DNA of 64,000 bases from Halorutilales archaeon Cl-col2-1 (GCA_041891055.1 CP169074.1:64001-128000); one strand, 5' to 3'; counted from the first letter of the stretch, positions 40,493-50,425 are shown. Made by a program: numbers and translations. The notes: generated by a model not told the origin, from the letters alone.

Positions 40493-41761
40493 ATGAGCCA
40501 TGTCAAGGGACTAAGATGCAGGGAGTGTGGGGAGGAGTATCCGGCGGTAATGAAGAATACGTGTGAGTCGTGTTTCGGACCTCTCGAAGTTGAGTACGAC
40601 TGGAGTGAGGTAGACGTATCGCGCGAGGAGATAGAGTCAGGTCCGAACTCGATCTGGAGGTACGCCGACCTTCTTCCGATAGACAACGAGGACTCGGTCG
40701 TCGACCTCGGGACAGGATTCAACCATCTCTACGAGGCGGACAACCTAGCCGACGAACTCGGAATAGGAGAGCTCTACATACTCAACGACTCGGTGAACCC
40801 GAGCTTCTCGTTCAAGGACCGTGTCACGGGGGTCGCGGTCGCAAAGGCGATAGAGTTCGGCGTAGACGCGATAGGCTGTGCGTCGACGGGTAACTTAGCT
40901 TCGAGTGTCGCTGCTCACGCCGCGAAGGCGGATCTTCCGGCTTACATCTTCATACCCGACACGATAGAGAAGGGCAAGATAACACAGACACTGACGTATG
41001 ACCCTGAGATAGTTCCTGTTGAGGGCAACTACGACGACGCCAACAGGCTCGCCACCGAGGTCGCCGATGAGAACGGCTGGGGATTCGTCAACATCAACCT
41101 GCGTCCCTACTACACAGAGGGTTCGAACACGATGGCTTACGAGGTCGCCGAACAGCTCGGCTGGGAGGCTCCCGACCACGTCGTCCATCCGATGGCGGCG
41201 GGTGCGTCTCTCCTGTCGGTTCAGAAGGGATACAAGCAGCTTGAGAAGCTCGGTCTGATAGAAGACGGCGATGTCAAGATGAGCGGATCACAGCCCGAGG
41301 GATTCCCGATAGCCGAGGCTGTGAGAAACGACGAGCCCGTGAAGCCGATACAGGAGTACGAGACACTCGCTCACTCTCTCGCGATAGGAAGTCCCGCCGA
41401 CGGATTCTACGCCAAGGACGCGATACTCGAGTCGGGAGGATACGCCGCAAACCCCGACGACGACGCCATCATCGAGGGTATCAAGCTCCTCGCACGCACC
41501 GAGGGAATATTCACAGAGCCCGCGGGAGGTACGACAGTCGCGGGTCTCAGACAGCTCGCCGAGGAGGGACGTATCGACGACGACGAGACCGTAGTCGTCA
41601 ACATAACCGGAAACGGTCTCAAGGCAGAGAGTACTCTCTCGGAGTTCGTGACTGTACCCGAGAGTATATCTCCGAGTATCGGTGAGTTCGAGGACAGGAA
41701 GCAGAGACAGAAGAGCAAGACCAAGAGCAAGAAAGAGGCAGTTCCTGGAGGTGATTACTAA
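40493..41761 (+). CDS. Threonine-synthase-like PLP enzyme, ThrC2/MetM-like clade
   Basis: CRECG..CESCFGPLEV, NPSFSFKDR (PLP Lys), ASTGN, FVNINLRPYY.EGS, SLAIGSPADG, LLARTEGIF. Confidence 0.88.
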   Translation: MSHVKGLRCRECGEEYPAVMKNTCESCFGPLEVEYDWSEVDVSREEIESGPNSIWRYADLLPIDNEDSVVDLGTGFNHLYEADNLADELGIGELYILNDSVNPSFSFKDRVTGVAVAKAIEFGVDAIGCASTGNLASSVAAHAAKADLPAYIFIPDTIEKGKITQTLTYDPEIVPVEGNYDDANRLATEVADENGWGFVNINLRPYYTEGSNTMAYEVAEQLGWEAPDHVVHPMAAGASLLSVQKGYKQLEKLGLIEDGDVKMSGSQPEGFPIAEAVRNDEPVKPIQEYETLAHSLAIGSPADGFYAKDAILESGGYAANPDDDAIIEGIKLLARTEGIFTEPAGGTTVAGLRQLAEEGRIDDDETVVVNITGNGLKAESTLSEFVTVPESISPSIGEFEDRKQRQKSKTKSKKEAVPGGDY

Positions 41762-42036
41762 TGGCAGACGTCAGATTTTCGAGCGCACTCAAGAAGGTGA
41801 CGGGAGAGACGACGACACAGGTCGAGGCAGAGACTGTCGAGGAAGCCATAGACAGACTCACGGAGAGATACGGTGACGACTTCGAGGATCGTCTGATGGA
41901 CGACGGCGAGATACAGAGGTTCGTCAACCTCTATGTCAACGGAGAGGACGTGAGACACGGCGAAGGTCTCGAAACGAGTATCGAGGACGACGACGAGATT
42001 TCGATTCTCCCCGCCGTGAGTGGAGGGTCAACTTAG
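41761..42036 (+). CDS. MoaD/CysO/SAMP-like ubiquitin-like sulfur carrier with masked C-terminus (GG-ST)
   Basis: FVNLYVNGEDVR..LET...DEISILPAVSGGST; TAATG overlap and GGAGGTGA SD at 41747-41754. Confidence 0.9.
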   Translation: MADVRFSSALKKVTGETTTQVEAETVEEAIDRLTERYGDDFEDRLMDDGEIQRFVNLYVNGEDVRHGEGLETSIEDDDEISILPAVSGGST

Positions 42037-42128
42037 CGTAGTACTCGCCATCCATAACGTAGTACACATAACATAACCATAACACGAATACCCGTGTCTT
42101 TAGGGGAGTTCCACGCCTAAGCTATTAC

Positions 42129-42563
42129 ATGCCGAGTCTTCTAGACACACGCGTCGAAAACACCGAGATAGTACAGCCCAACGACACCAACATAGTCGAC
42201 ACCGCACACGGCGGTACCGTCGTGAAATGGATGGACGAGACGGGCGGAATATCGGCTATAAGATTCGCGGGGAACGTCTGTGTCACCGCGGGGATGGAGA
42301 GCGTCGACTTCCACCATCCGATACACAGAGGCGACGCCGCTGTCATACGTTCTTACGTCTACGACGTCGGGACTTCGAGCATAGACGTACGTATCTGTGT
42401 CTACTCGGAGAACCTCAAGACGGGAGAGAGACAGCTAACTACGGAGTCGTACTTCACCTACGTCGCAATAGACGACGACGGAAACCCCGTTGAGGTTCCC
42501 GAACTCGAAGTCGAGACCGAGAAAGAGAAGGAGTTACGTGACGAGGCTCTCGAAGGTGAGTAA
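42129..42563 (+). CDS. Acyl-CoA thioesterase (hotdog fold)
   Basis: QPNDTN..TAHGG.VVKWMDE, VDFHHPI..GD, FTYVAID. Confidence 0.88.
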   Translation: MPSLLDTRVENTEIVQPNDTNIVDTAHGGTVVKWMDETGGISAIRFAGNVCVTAGMESVDFHHPIHRGDAAVIRSYVYDVGTSSIDVRICVYSENLKTGERQLTTESYFTYVAIDDDGNPVEVPELEVETEKEKELRDEALEGE

Positions 42564-42564
42564 T

Positions 42565-43656
42565 ATGAGAACCTCAGAACGCACCGACGCGATAAGCATA
42601 AGCGGTATACGCCGTGTCTTCGAGGCGGCGGACGACGACGCCATAAACCTGGGTCTGGGACAGCCCGACTTCGACACTCCCGAGAACGTCAAGAAGGCGG
42701 CTGTCGAGGCTATCGAGACGGGGAAGGCTAGCTCGTACACCTCGAACAGAGGGATTCCGGAGCTAAGAGAGGCGGTCGCCGACAGCTTCAGCTTCGAGAC
42801 GTCTCCCGACGACGTCATAGTCACCTCGGGGGCGAGCGAGGCACTCCACATAGCCGTCGAGGCTCACGTCAACACAGGAGACGAGGTTCTAATTCCCGAC
42901 CCGGGATTCGTCTCTTACGAGGCTCTCTCGAAGGTCGCAGACGCGCGTCCGAAAGGTGTCGAACTCGCCGACGACCTGCGTCTCGAACCCGAGTCAGTAA
43001 AGGAGGCGATCACCGATGAGACTTCGGCGTTCGTGGTCAACTCCCCCGCGAACCCGACGGGTGCGGTACAGACACGTGACGACATGAGAGCCTTCGCCGA
43101 GATAGCCGACGACTACGGAGTGACACTCATAAGCGACGAGGTCTATGAGCCTTTCGTCTACGAGGGCGAGCACCACTCCCCCGCGGAGTTCGGTGAGAAC
43201 GTCGTCACAGTCAACGCAGCGTCGAAGGCTTACTCGATGACAGGATGGCGTCTCGGATACGTCACTGCGCCCGAGACCGAGAACATGTTACGTGTCCATC
43301 AGTACATACAGGCGTGTGCGAGTGCGCCGTCGCAGTACGCAGCCCTCGAGGCACTCGAAGGTCCTCAGTACGCTGTGAGCGAGATGAAGGACGAGTTCGA
43401 GGCGAGACGTGACCTGATACTCGACGCCTTCGAGGAGATGGGTCTCGACTGTCCGACGCCGAAGGGTGCATTCTACGCCTTCCCGGAGGTTCCCGACGGC
43501 TTCGTCGACGCGTGTATAGAAGAAGGAGTCGTTGTAGTTCCGGGAGATGCATTCGGAGAGGGCGGAGAGGGACACGCCCGCGTCTCTTACGCCAACTCAC
43601 GTGAGAACCTGCGTGAGGCTCTCGATGTGATGGAGTCGGTTCTCGAAGATCTCTGA
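42565..43656 (+). CDS. Class I/II PLP aminotransferase (aspartate aminotransferase-like)
   Basis: LGLGQPDF, NSPANPTG, SDEVY, SKAYSMTGWRLG. Confidence 0.92.
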   Translation: MRTSERTDAISISGIRRVFEAADDDAINLGLGQPDFDTPENVKKAAVEAIETGKASSYTSNRGIPELREAVADSFSFETSPDDVIVTSGASEALHIAVEAHVNTGDEVLIPDPGFVSYEALSKVADARPKGVELADDLRLEPESVKEAITDETSAFVVNSPANPTGAVQTRDDMRAFAEIADDYGVTLISDEVYEPFVYEGEHHSPAEFGENVVTVNAASKAYSMTGWRLGYVTAPETENMLRVHQYIQACASAPSQYAALEALEGPQYAVSEMKDEFEARRDLILDAFEEMGLDCPTPKGAFYAFPEVPDGFVDACIEEGVVVVPGDAFGEGGEGHARVSYANSRENLREALDVMESVLEDL

Positions 43657-43664
43657 GAGAGTTG

Positions 43665-44177
43665 TCAGTCGGGGTAGTCGGTCTGGTTGACCTGTTTTAT
43701 CCTGTCCACTCCATCGACCTCGTCTATGACGTCTTCGACCGGGTCGGGAACGAGGTCTCTCCAGTCGCCTCCCTCGATCATCCTCTTACGTATCTCCCTC
43801 CCCGAGTATCTGCTTCTGTCGAAGAGAGGATTCTTCCTGACCTCCTTTCCGTCCTCCTCGAAGAGACGTATCACGAGAGGATTGTTCGAGTAGATGACGT
43901 CGAACTCGGGTGCCATCGACTCTATGTGTGAGACCCAGAGTGAGTTACGGTTGATGTCCTCTATCGGAATTACGTAGGTCGTCGCGTCCAAGTCGTTGAC
44001 GCTCTTCCTCACCATGCTGACACGTTCGCCCGCCGTAAACGGGTTCTTCACTGTGTGGGACGCCTGTGCGGTTCCTATCGCTATGACTATCTCGGGGACG
44101 TCTTCGGCAACCTCTTCGAGAACCTTGTAATGCCCCAGATGGAAGGGCTGGAACCTCCCGACGTAGAATCCGCGCAT
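43665..44177 (-). CDS. nadM: Nicotinamide-nucleotide adenylyltransferase
   Basis: GRFQPFHLGH, SHT..NPFTAGER, SNNPLV, SGREIR. Confidence 0.94.
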   Translation of the reverse strand: MRGFYVGRFQPFHLGHYKVLEEVAEDVPEIVIAIGTAQASHTVKNPFTAGERVSMVRKSVNDLDATTYVIPIEDINRNSLWVSHIESMAPEFDVIYSNNPLVIRLFEEDGKEVRKNPLFDRSRYSGREIRKRMIEGGDWRDLVPDPVEDVIDEVDGVDRIKQVNQTDYPD

Positions 44178-44299
44178 ACTCCGTATAGGCGACCCAGGCT
44201 TTAATTTCTATGTTTGTGTATGGTCATTTCATATCCCACATCACTCTTTCCCGACGTCGGAAGACAAGACTTATTCGTTAGACAGGCTAAGTCGTCTGT

Positions 44300-44830
44300 A
44301 TGGCAGGAAAACCTGGGAGTATGTACCGCGATATCGAAGGTATGGCGTACACGAGGAAGGAGTACATAGACGGTATTCCGGGTTCTAAGATCACTCAGTT
44401 CAACATGGGTGACGTCTCGGCTGACGACGACGAGTACCCCGTCGCCGTGAGCCTAGTCGCCGACGAGTCGTGTCAGATACGACACTCGGCGCTCGAAAGT
44501 GCCCGAGTTGCCGCTAACAGTAACATGATAAAGGAACTCGGTGAGGAGGGCTACAAGATGAGACTCCGCGTCCATCCCCACCAGGTTCTGAGGGAGAACA
44601 AGCAGGCGACGGGAGCGGGAGCCGACCGTGTCTCCGACGGAATGAGACAGTCGTTCGGAAGACCCGTCGGAACCGCTGCGAGGGTCGACGTCGGACAGAA
44701 GATCTTCACTGCGAGGGTCGTCGAGGCTGACTTCGAGGTCGCTAAGGACTCTCTCCGCAGAGCCTACACGAAGCTTCCCGGACCCTACTCGATCTCTGTC
44801 GACGAGGGCGAAGAGATCATCAGAGACTAA
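44300..44830 (+). CDS. rpl10e: 50S ribosomal protein L10e (uL16)
   Basis: YTRKEYI.GIPGSKI, LRENK.ATGAGADRVSDGMR..FGRP.GTAARV. Confidence 0.96.
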   Translation: MAGKPGSMYRDIEGMAYTRKEYIDGIPGSKITQFNMGDVSADDDEYPVAVSLVADESCQIRHSALESARVAANSNMIKELGEEGYKMRLRVHPHQVLRENKQATGAGADRVSDGMRQSFGRPVGTAARVDVGQKIFTARVVEADFEVAKDSLRRAYTKLPGPYSISVDEGEEIIRD

Positions 44831-44930
44831 ACCGAATTTGAGTCGGTGGGAAGTACAGTAGAGTAGTACAGTCTCCCAAACTCGACGCAACGCGACAAGA
44901 CCCGATCCGTCTTAGCTATATATCCATCTC

Positions 44931-47012
44931 ATGTCTCTCGAAAACGTAGAACTCACAGAGAAGTGGGAGTCTTTCTACCGGAGTTATTACGACAACGAGA
45001 TCGGTAAGCTCGCTCAGAAGTACCCGAGAGAGGAGAGATCCCTCTACATAGACTACCAGGATCTCTTCCAGTACGACCCCGAGCTCGCTGAAGACCTCAG
45101 GAGGAATCCCGAGGAGATGCTCCGGTACGCAGAGGAAGCCCTCCACGAGTACGATGTCCCTGTCGCCGACGTGCGTTTTGCCGACGCCAATCTCCGTATA
45201 AAGAACGTCGGCGAGACCACCGACATCCGTGGCATACGTTCGAAGGACGTCAACACACTAATCTCGGTCGAGGGTATCGTGAGAAAGGCTACCGAGGTGC
45301 GTCCGAAGGCGATCAAGACAGTCTTCGAGTGCGAGCGGTGTGGAACTACGACGACTATAACACAGACCGACGACAGCAGTCTCAGAGAACCCTACGAGTG
45401 CAAGGGATGTGAGAGACAGGGTCCTTTTAGTCTACTCTTCGACCAGAGCGAGTTCGTCGACTCACAGAAGGTCAGGGTACAGGAGTCTCCCGAGGATCTC
45501 AGAGGAGGCGAGAATCCACAGACGATAGATGTCGAGATAGAGGACGACATCACGGGCGAGGTCACTCCCGGGGACAGGGTCACTGTCGTCGGAGTCCTGA
45601 GAGCGACACAGGACGGCGACTCGACGACGTTCGATGTCTACATCGAGGGTAACAACATAGAGATAGAGGACCAGGAGTTCGAGGAGTTCGCGATAACCGA
45701 CGAGGACGAGGAACGGATAGAGGAGATTGCAAGCTCTCCCGATGTATACGAGAAGATAGTCGACAGCATCGCTCCGGGTATATACGGCTACGAGACCGAG
45801 AAGCTCGCGATGGCTCTCCAGCTCTTCTCGGGAGTCACGAAGAATCTCCCCGACGAGACACGTATAAGGGGAGACATGCATATTCTGATGGTGGGAGATC
45901 CGGGTACCGCCAAGTCACAGCTACTCCAGTACGTTAAGAAGATAGCGCCAAGAGGTGTCTATACTTCGGGTAAAGGATCGAGTGCCGCAGGGCTCACCGC
46001 CGCAGCAGTACAGGACGACTTCGGAGACGGAAAATGGACACTCGAAGCCGGCGCTCTCGTCTTAGCCGACAAGGGAATAGCGTGTGTCGACGAGGTCGAC
46101 AAGATGGATCCGAAGGACCGATCGGCACTCCACGAGGCGCTAGAGCAGCAGTCCGTTAGCATATCCAAGGCGGGCATCAATGCGACGCTCAAGTCGAGAT
46201 GTGCACTCCTCGGAGCGGCGAACCCGAAGTACGGAAGGTTCGACGAGTACGAGGGTATCGCAGAGCAGATAGAGTTAGAGCCCGCCCTGATATCACGTTT
46301 CGACCTTATATTCACGGTGACAGATGAGGCGGACGAAGAGAAGGACTCACGTCTCGCCGAACATATACTCACGACGAACTACGCGGGCGAGGTCTACGCC
46401 TCCGACTCAGAGGTACGACCCGAACGCGAGGCAGAAGACGCCGACGAGATACAGGAAGAGATCTACCCCGAGATAGAGTCCGAGATGCTCCGGAAGTACG
46501 TCGCCTACTCTCGGCGAGAGTGTAAGCCGCGAATGAAAGACGAAGCGCGCAAAAGAGTGCGTGAGTTCTACGTCGACCTGCGTTCGGAGGGTGAGGGATC
46601 GGACGTCATACCCATAACAGCGAGGAAGCTCGAAGCCCTCGTGCGTCTCGCCGAGGCTAGCGCGAGGATGCGTCTGAGCGACGAGGTCGAAGTCGAGGAC
46701 GCCGAACGTGCGATAGACATAGTCAAGGAGTCTCTAAGAGACGTGAGTTACGATCCCGAGACGGGTCAGTTAGACGCCGACATAGTCGAGACGGGACACT
46801 CGTCGTCACAGCGCGAGAGGATAAAGGATCTGAGCGACATCATACAGACGATAGCCGACGAGAGAGACGACGGGAAGGCTCCGCGCGAGGAGATACTCGA
46901 AACAGCCGAGGATCACGGGATGGAACGTGAGAAGGCGAGGAAGGAGCTGGAGACTTTACAGAGGAACGGCGAGGTAATAGAGCCGTCACACGGACATTTC
47001 CGTCTGGTTTAG
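44931..47012 (+). CDS. mcm: MCM replicative helicase (no intein)
   Basis: CERC..CKGC zinc finger, GDPGTAKSQ, CVDEVDKM, SRFD arginine finger, ITARKLE. Confidence 0.96.
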   Translation: MSLENVELTEKWESFYRSYYDNEIGKLAQKYPREERSLYIDYQDLFQYDPELAEDLRRNPEEMLRYAEEALHEYDVPVADVRFADANLRIKNVGETTDIRGIRSKDVNTLISVEGIVRKATEVRPKAIKTVFECERCGTTTTITQTDDSSLREPYECKGCERQGPFSLLFDQSEFVDSQKVRVQESPEDLRGGENPQTIDVEIEDDITGEVTPGDRVTVVGVLRATQDGDSTTFDVYIEGNNIEIEDQEFEEFAITDEDEERIEEIASSPDVYEKIVDSIAPGIYGYETEKLAMALQLFSGVTKNLPDETRIRGDMHILMVGDPGTAKSQLLQYVKKIAPRGVYTSGKGSSAAGLTAAAVQDDFGDGKWTLEAGALVLADKGIACVDEVDKMDPKDRSALHEALEQQSVSISKAGINATLKSRCALLGAANPKYGRFDEYEGIAEQIELEPALISRFDLIFTVTDEADEEKDSRLAEHILTTNYAGEVYASDSEVRPEREAEDADEIQEEIYPEIESEMLRKYVAYSRRECKPRMKDEARKRVREFYVDLRSEGEGSDVIPITARKLEALVRLAEASARMRLSDEVEVEDAERAIDIVKESLRDVSYDPETGQLDADIVETGHSSSQRERIKDLSDIIQTIADERDDGKAPREEILETAEDHGMEREKARKELETLQRNGEVIEPSHGHFRLV

Positions 47013-48839
47013 TTAGTTAAGGAAGAAGACGAGGGCGCTCAGCATCAGTGCGGCGAAGGTCGCGACGACTGCGAGCGCCGTGCCCATCGAAGCCACGGCG
47101 TTAGTGGTACTCGCGAGACGTTCTATCCTGTCGTTTCCGAAGACGATAACTTCTGTCTCGTTCGACGCCATGCCGGCTTCGACTTCCTCTAAGTCGTTGA
47201 CTGCGTCCGTCACAAGTGAGCGAATTATAGTCTTTAGCTCTCCGTGGGGGATGTGTTCACCTATCCGGTTGTGGCTCTCGACCCTGTTGACGACGTGTGT
47301 GTCGGTCGTCATGACCTCAGCGTTGTCGACGCCGGCGTCGTCGGTTATGACGTCGACTATCTCGTCTCTGAGCATAGGAACCATGTTGTTGCCGTCTACG
47401 AGGGCGTAAGCGGTAGTCTGGTCGCCGGCTTCGAGGACTGCGACACGTATCCCAAGAGGCCCCATTCCGTCCTCGATCTCCCATCTCGTCGGCGACTGAG
47501 CGGTTCCGAGACGTAACGGGTAGGTATCGTCGGAGACGAGTGCCTCGGAGAGATCGGCGGAACAGTCCATTATGTTGTAGCTCCTCTCCGACCCCGGACT
47601 GACTATCGTCCCCGAGTTGGCGGCGTAACAGTTGTGGGCGTCAACGAGCATCGTCTCCTCGGCTCCGCTGGCGTGTGACTCGCTTATCGCACTCAGACCC
47701 ACGCTGAAACGGATGTCGTCACACGACTTGGGCGAACACGTCGTAGCGAGGAAGACGCCGTCGCCGAACCTCTGTCCTATCATGTGTGAGTCGCCGCAGT
47801 CGAGACGTCGGCTCCTTGTTGCTTCTGAGTTGTACTCGACCGACTCGACGGCTCTGTCTGCGGCGGCACGTAGCTTCTCGACCTCTCTCTGGCTCACGGG
47901 GTTGAAGTCGTGGTCAGCAGTCGCGTGAGGCACGAAACACAGCGAGTCGGAGGTTTCGGCTAAGCGGAAGGGGAGATTTCCGCCGCCTATCTCCCCCATT
48001 ATTCCGGGATGTACCATCGGAAGTACGAACCTCGCCTTCTCGCGACTTCGGCTTTGGTTTTGGTTTAAGTCATCTCCCTCGGAGTCGGGTTCATCAGTCT
48101 CAGTCTTCTTCCTCCTAAAGACGAGAACCGTGACAGGAACCCTGACTGACTCTCCCATCCTCTCAAAGACTTCTTCGAGTTCACGCGTGTTCTCAGTGAG
48201 GTAACCGAGGAAGCCGCGGAGGAGTTCGAGACCCGAGACACCTATGCTCGTCCTCATCGGGTGGTCGATGAGACGTACGAGTACGTACGACCCCATGACG
48301 TAGAGCCCCGAGGTTATCACGAGGTTGGTGAAGTAGTCACCCGAGAGCGGAAGACCCGTGTAGAAGTAGAGTATTACAGCCGCAAAGCCGGTCTGGAGAC
48401 TAGCGGGAACTAGGGTTCGGAGGGCGGAGTCTCTACTCACAGCCATCAGGACTAGGAAACGTAGCCCGAAGATTAGAGCCAGAGAGGCTATGAGGGCGTC
48501 GTAGACAAAGCTCTCGAAGCCGAGGTACTTCTGGAAGACTGCGGCGACGGAGATCAGGACGACGGTTACACCCTCACACAGGACGGCGAGGAAGGCGGAA
48601 CGGTTCCACGTCATGTTTCCGCCGAAGTACCTGTCTATCGGGGTCGTGGCGAGTGCGGCACCCACAGTTGGAACGCCTATGAAGAGAAATCCCATGACAG
48701 CAGCTACTAATCCGTCACCGAAGCCTCCGAGACCTGTTATGCTACCTGCGACGAGGGCGAACGAGAGAGAGAGATACCAGCGGGGGGTTCTGAATAGGTA
48801 ACGCGTCAGACGTGACGCGTGTCCGTATCCGAGAGACAT
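47013..48839 (-). CDS. DUF2070 family membrane protein
   Basis: N-terminal TM bundle; VHPG.MGEIGGGNLP, PHATADHDFNPV, VDAHNC, DGNNM, TTDTH. Confidence 0.85.
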   Translation of the reverse strand: MSLGYGHASRLTRYLFRTPRWYLSLSFALVAGSITGLGGFGDGLVAAVMGFLFIGVPTVGAALATTPIDRYFGGNMTWNRSAFLAVLCEGVTVVLISVAAVFQKYLGFESFVYDALIASLALIFGLRFLVLMAVSRDSALRTLVPASLQTGFAAVILYFYTGLPLSGDYFTNLVITSGLYVMGSYVLVRLIDHPMRTSIGVSGLELLRGFLGYLTENTRELEEVFERMGESVRVPVTVLVFRRKKTETDEPDSEGDDLNQNQSRSREKARFVLPMVHPGIMGEIGGGNLPFRLAETSDSLCFVPHATADHDFNPVSQREVEKLRAAADRAVESVEYNSEATRSRRLDCGDSHMIGQRFGDGVFLATTCSPKSCDDIRFSVGLSAISESHASGAEETMLVDAHNCYAANSGTIVSPGSERSYNIMDCSADLSEALVSDDTYPLRLGTAQSPTRWEIEDGMGPLGIRVAVLEAGDQTTAYALVDGNNMVPMLRDEIVDVITDDAGVDNAEVMTTDTHVVNRVESHNRIGEHIPHGELKTIIRSLVTDAVNDLEEVEAGMASNETEVIVFGNDRIERLASTTNAVASMGTALAVVATFAALMLSALVFFLN

Positions 48840-48967
48840 TCGTTTTCGTGTAGTAGAGACAGTCGTGCCTCCGTATTAAGCTTGTTCTGTCTCCGTCGAC
48901 GTAGTACTGTACTGGGGTCAATTTCCCATCAAAAGTTACTTGCGCACGACGTCCGTAGGAGTAGGCA

Positions 48968-49564
48968 GTGATAGACCCGACCGTAGTACATGAACTCGGA
49001 CTCACCTCTGTCCTACTCTCGCTGTCGATGTCGGAGTACCCCGCACTCGACGCCTTTCTGAGATCGGCTGTTGAGACTGCGACGGGATGGTTCGGTCTCG
49101 CCATGATAGGGGTCTACTCGTTCCTCATAGCAGTCATCCTACCTATGCCGAGCGAGGTAGTTCTTGCCCCTGTCAACACCCTCGACATAGGATTCGGTGA
49201 GGTCGGAACCCTCGTTGCCATAATGCTCGTGAGTGGCGTCGGTAAGGCAGGAGGAAGCGTTGCGGCTCTCCATCTCGGCATACAGGCGAGGGAGTCGGGG
49301 CCTGTGACGAGGTTCTTCCAGAAAAGGGGTTACGATCCCGTCGAGTGGTCGCACAAGAAGAGCGTTGAGGTCGCGAAGAAATGGGGTTACATCGGAATGG
49401 CGCTTCTTCTCTCTGTGCCGTTCTTCCCCGACACTATCTCGATATACGCATTCGCCGTCTTAGAAGACGACTACCTCAAGTTCGCCGCGGCGGCTTTCGT
49501 GGGAAGTGTCGGGAGGCTCCTCGTGACAGTCGGCATATTCGAGGGAGGAAGCCTTCTCGTCTAA
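48968..49564 (+). CDS. YqaA/DedA (VTT domain) membrane protein
   Basis: YSFLIAVILPMPSEVVL, LSVPFFPDT, GSVGR. Confidence 0.8.
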   Translation: MIDPTVVHELGLTSVLLSLSMSEYPALDAFLRSAVETATGWFGLAMIGVYSFLIAVILPMPSEVVLAPVNTLDIGFGEVGTLVAIMLVSGVGKAGGSVAALHLGIQARESGPVTRFFQKRGYDPVEWSHKKSVEVAKKWGYIGMALLLSVPFFPDTISIYAFAVLEDDYLKFAAAAFVGSVGRLLVTVGIFEGGSLLV

Positions 49565-49594
49565 ACGAAAAGCAGCGCGATCTCCCCGTCCTTC

Positions 49595-49630
49595 CGAAAA
49601 CCGCAGTTTTTCGCAAATCCTCGATTTGCG
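49595..49630. repeat. Short REP-like double hairpin between convergent genes
   Basis: cgaaaac-cgca-gtttttcg and cgcaaatc-ctc-gatttgcg. Confidence 0.55.
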
Positions 49631-49657
49631 TCAACACCGCGCCCGAGGCTGTTTACT

Positions 49658-50335
49658 CTATCTACTGATTCCTTCCCCGGCGTCGAGTATCTCGACCTCA
49701 GCGTCGTCTACCTTCTCCGCGAACTCGTCGGGGTTCTGCTGTATAGGAGGGAAGGTGTCGTAATGGATGGGTATAGCCGTCTCGACTCCGAGCCAGTCGA
49801 CGGCGACCGCTGCCTCATCTATGCCCATCGTGAAATGGTCGCCTATCGGAACCGCAGCGACGTCGGGGTCGTAGACTCCGCCGATGACCTTCTCCATGTC
49901 GCCGAATAGGGCGGTGTCGCCAGCGTGGTAGAAGCTAGTCTCGCCGTCGTCTATGACGTAACCAGCGGGGGTTCCTCCGTATCCGTCGAAGTCCGCTTCT
50001 CCCGGCGTTCCCGACGAGTGGAAAGCCTTCGTCATCTGGAACTCGACGCCGTCGTGTTCGTAGCTTCCGCCGACGTTCATTCCCACCGAGTCTTCGTGTC
50101 CCTGCTTGCCTAAGTAGCCCGCGACCTCGGGCTGTGCGATCACGGTCGCGTCGAACTCGTGTGCCTCGGCGACGTGGTCGAAATGACCGTGTGTCACCGC
50201 GACGACGTCGGGATCGAAATCGTCGGGCGTGACGTCGTTCCAGTCGTTGCCCTCGGTGAAGGGATCGACGAGTATCTGTGTGCCGTTCTCAGCCTCTATC
50301 TCGAAGAATGCGTGTCCGTGGTATCTTATCTCCAT
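49658..50335 (-). CDS. UPF0173 metallo-beta-lactamase-fold hydrolase
   Basis: YHGHA, THGHFDH, AFHSS, YHAGDT, PIGDHFTM, PIHYDTFP. Confidence 0.9.
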   Translation of the reverse strand: MEIRYHGHAFFEIEAENGTQILVDPFTEGNDWNDVTPDDFDPDVVAVTHGHFDHVAEAHEFDATVIAQPEVAGYLGKQGHEDSVGMNVGGSYEHDGVEFQMTKAFHSSGTPGEADFDGYGGTPAGYVIDDGETSFYHAGDTALFGDMEKVIGGVYDPDVAAVPIGDHFTMGIDEAAVAVDWLGVETAIPIHYDTFPPIQQNPDEFAEKVDDAEVEILDAGEGISR

Positions 50336-50425
50336 GTCTACGAAATAACGAACTTCGTATAAATACCCAACGCAACACGTAGAACTTTGGACTTAAGTAA
50401 CTGGCTGTGGTAGATCCGCCAACAC

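Noticed and set aside
41700-41761. PGGDY at the ThrC2 C-terminus as a second masked diglycine
   Set aside because: The GG codons are the GGAGGTGA Shine-Dalgarno sequence of the downstream Ubl gene, and there is no beta-grasp domain.
44931-47012. MCM as an intein host or mobile-element replicase
   Set aside because: 693 aa with uninterrupted motifs in a housekeeping context.
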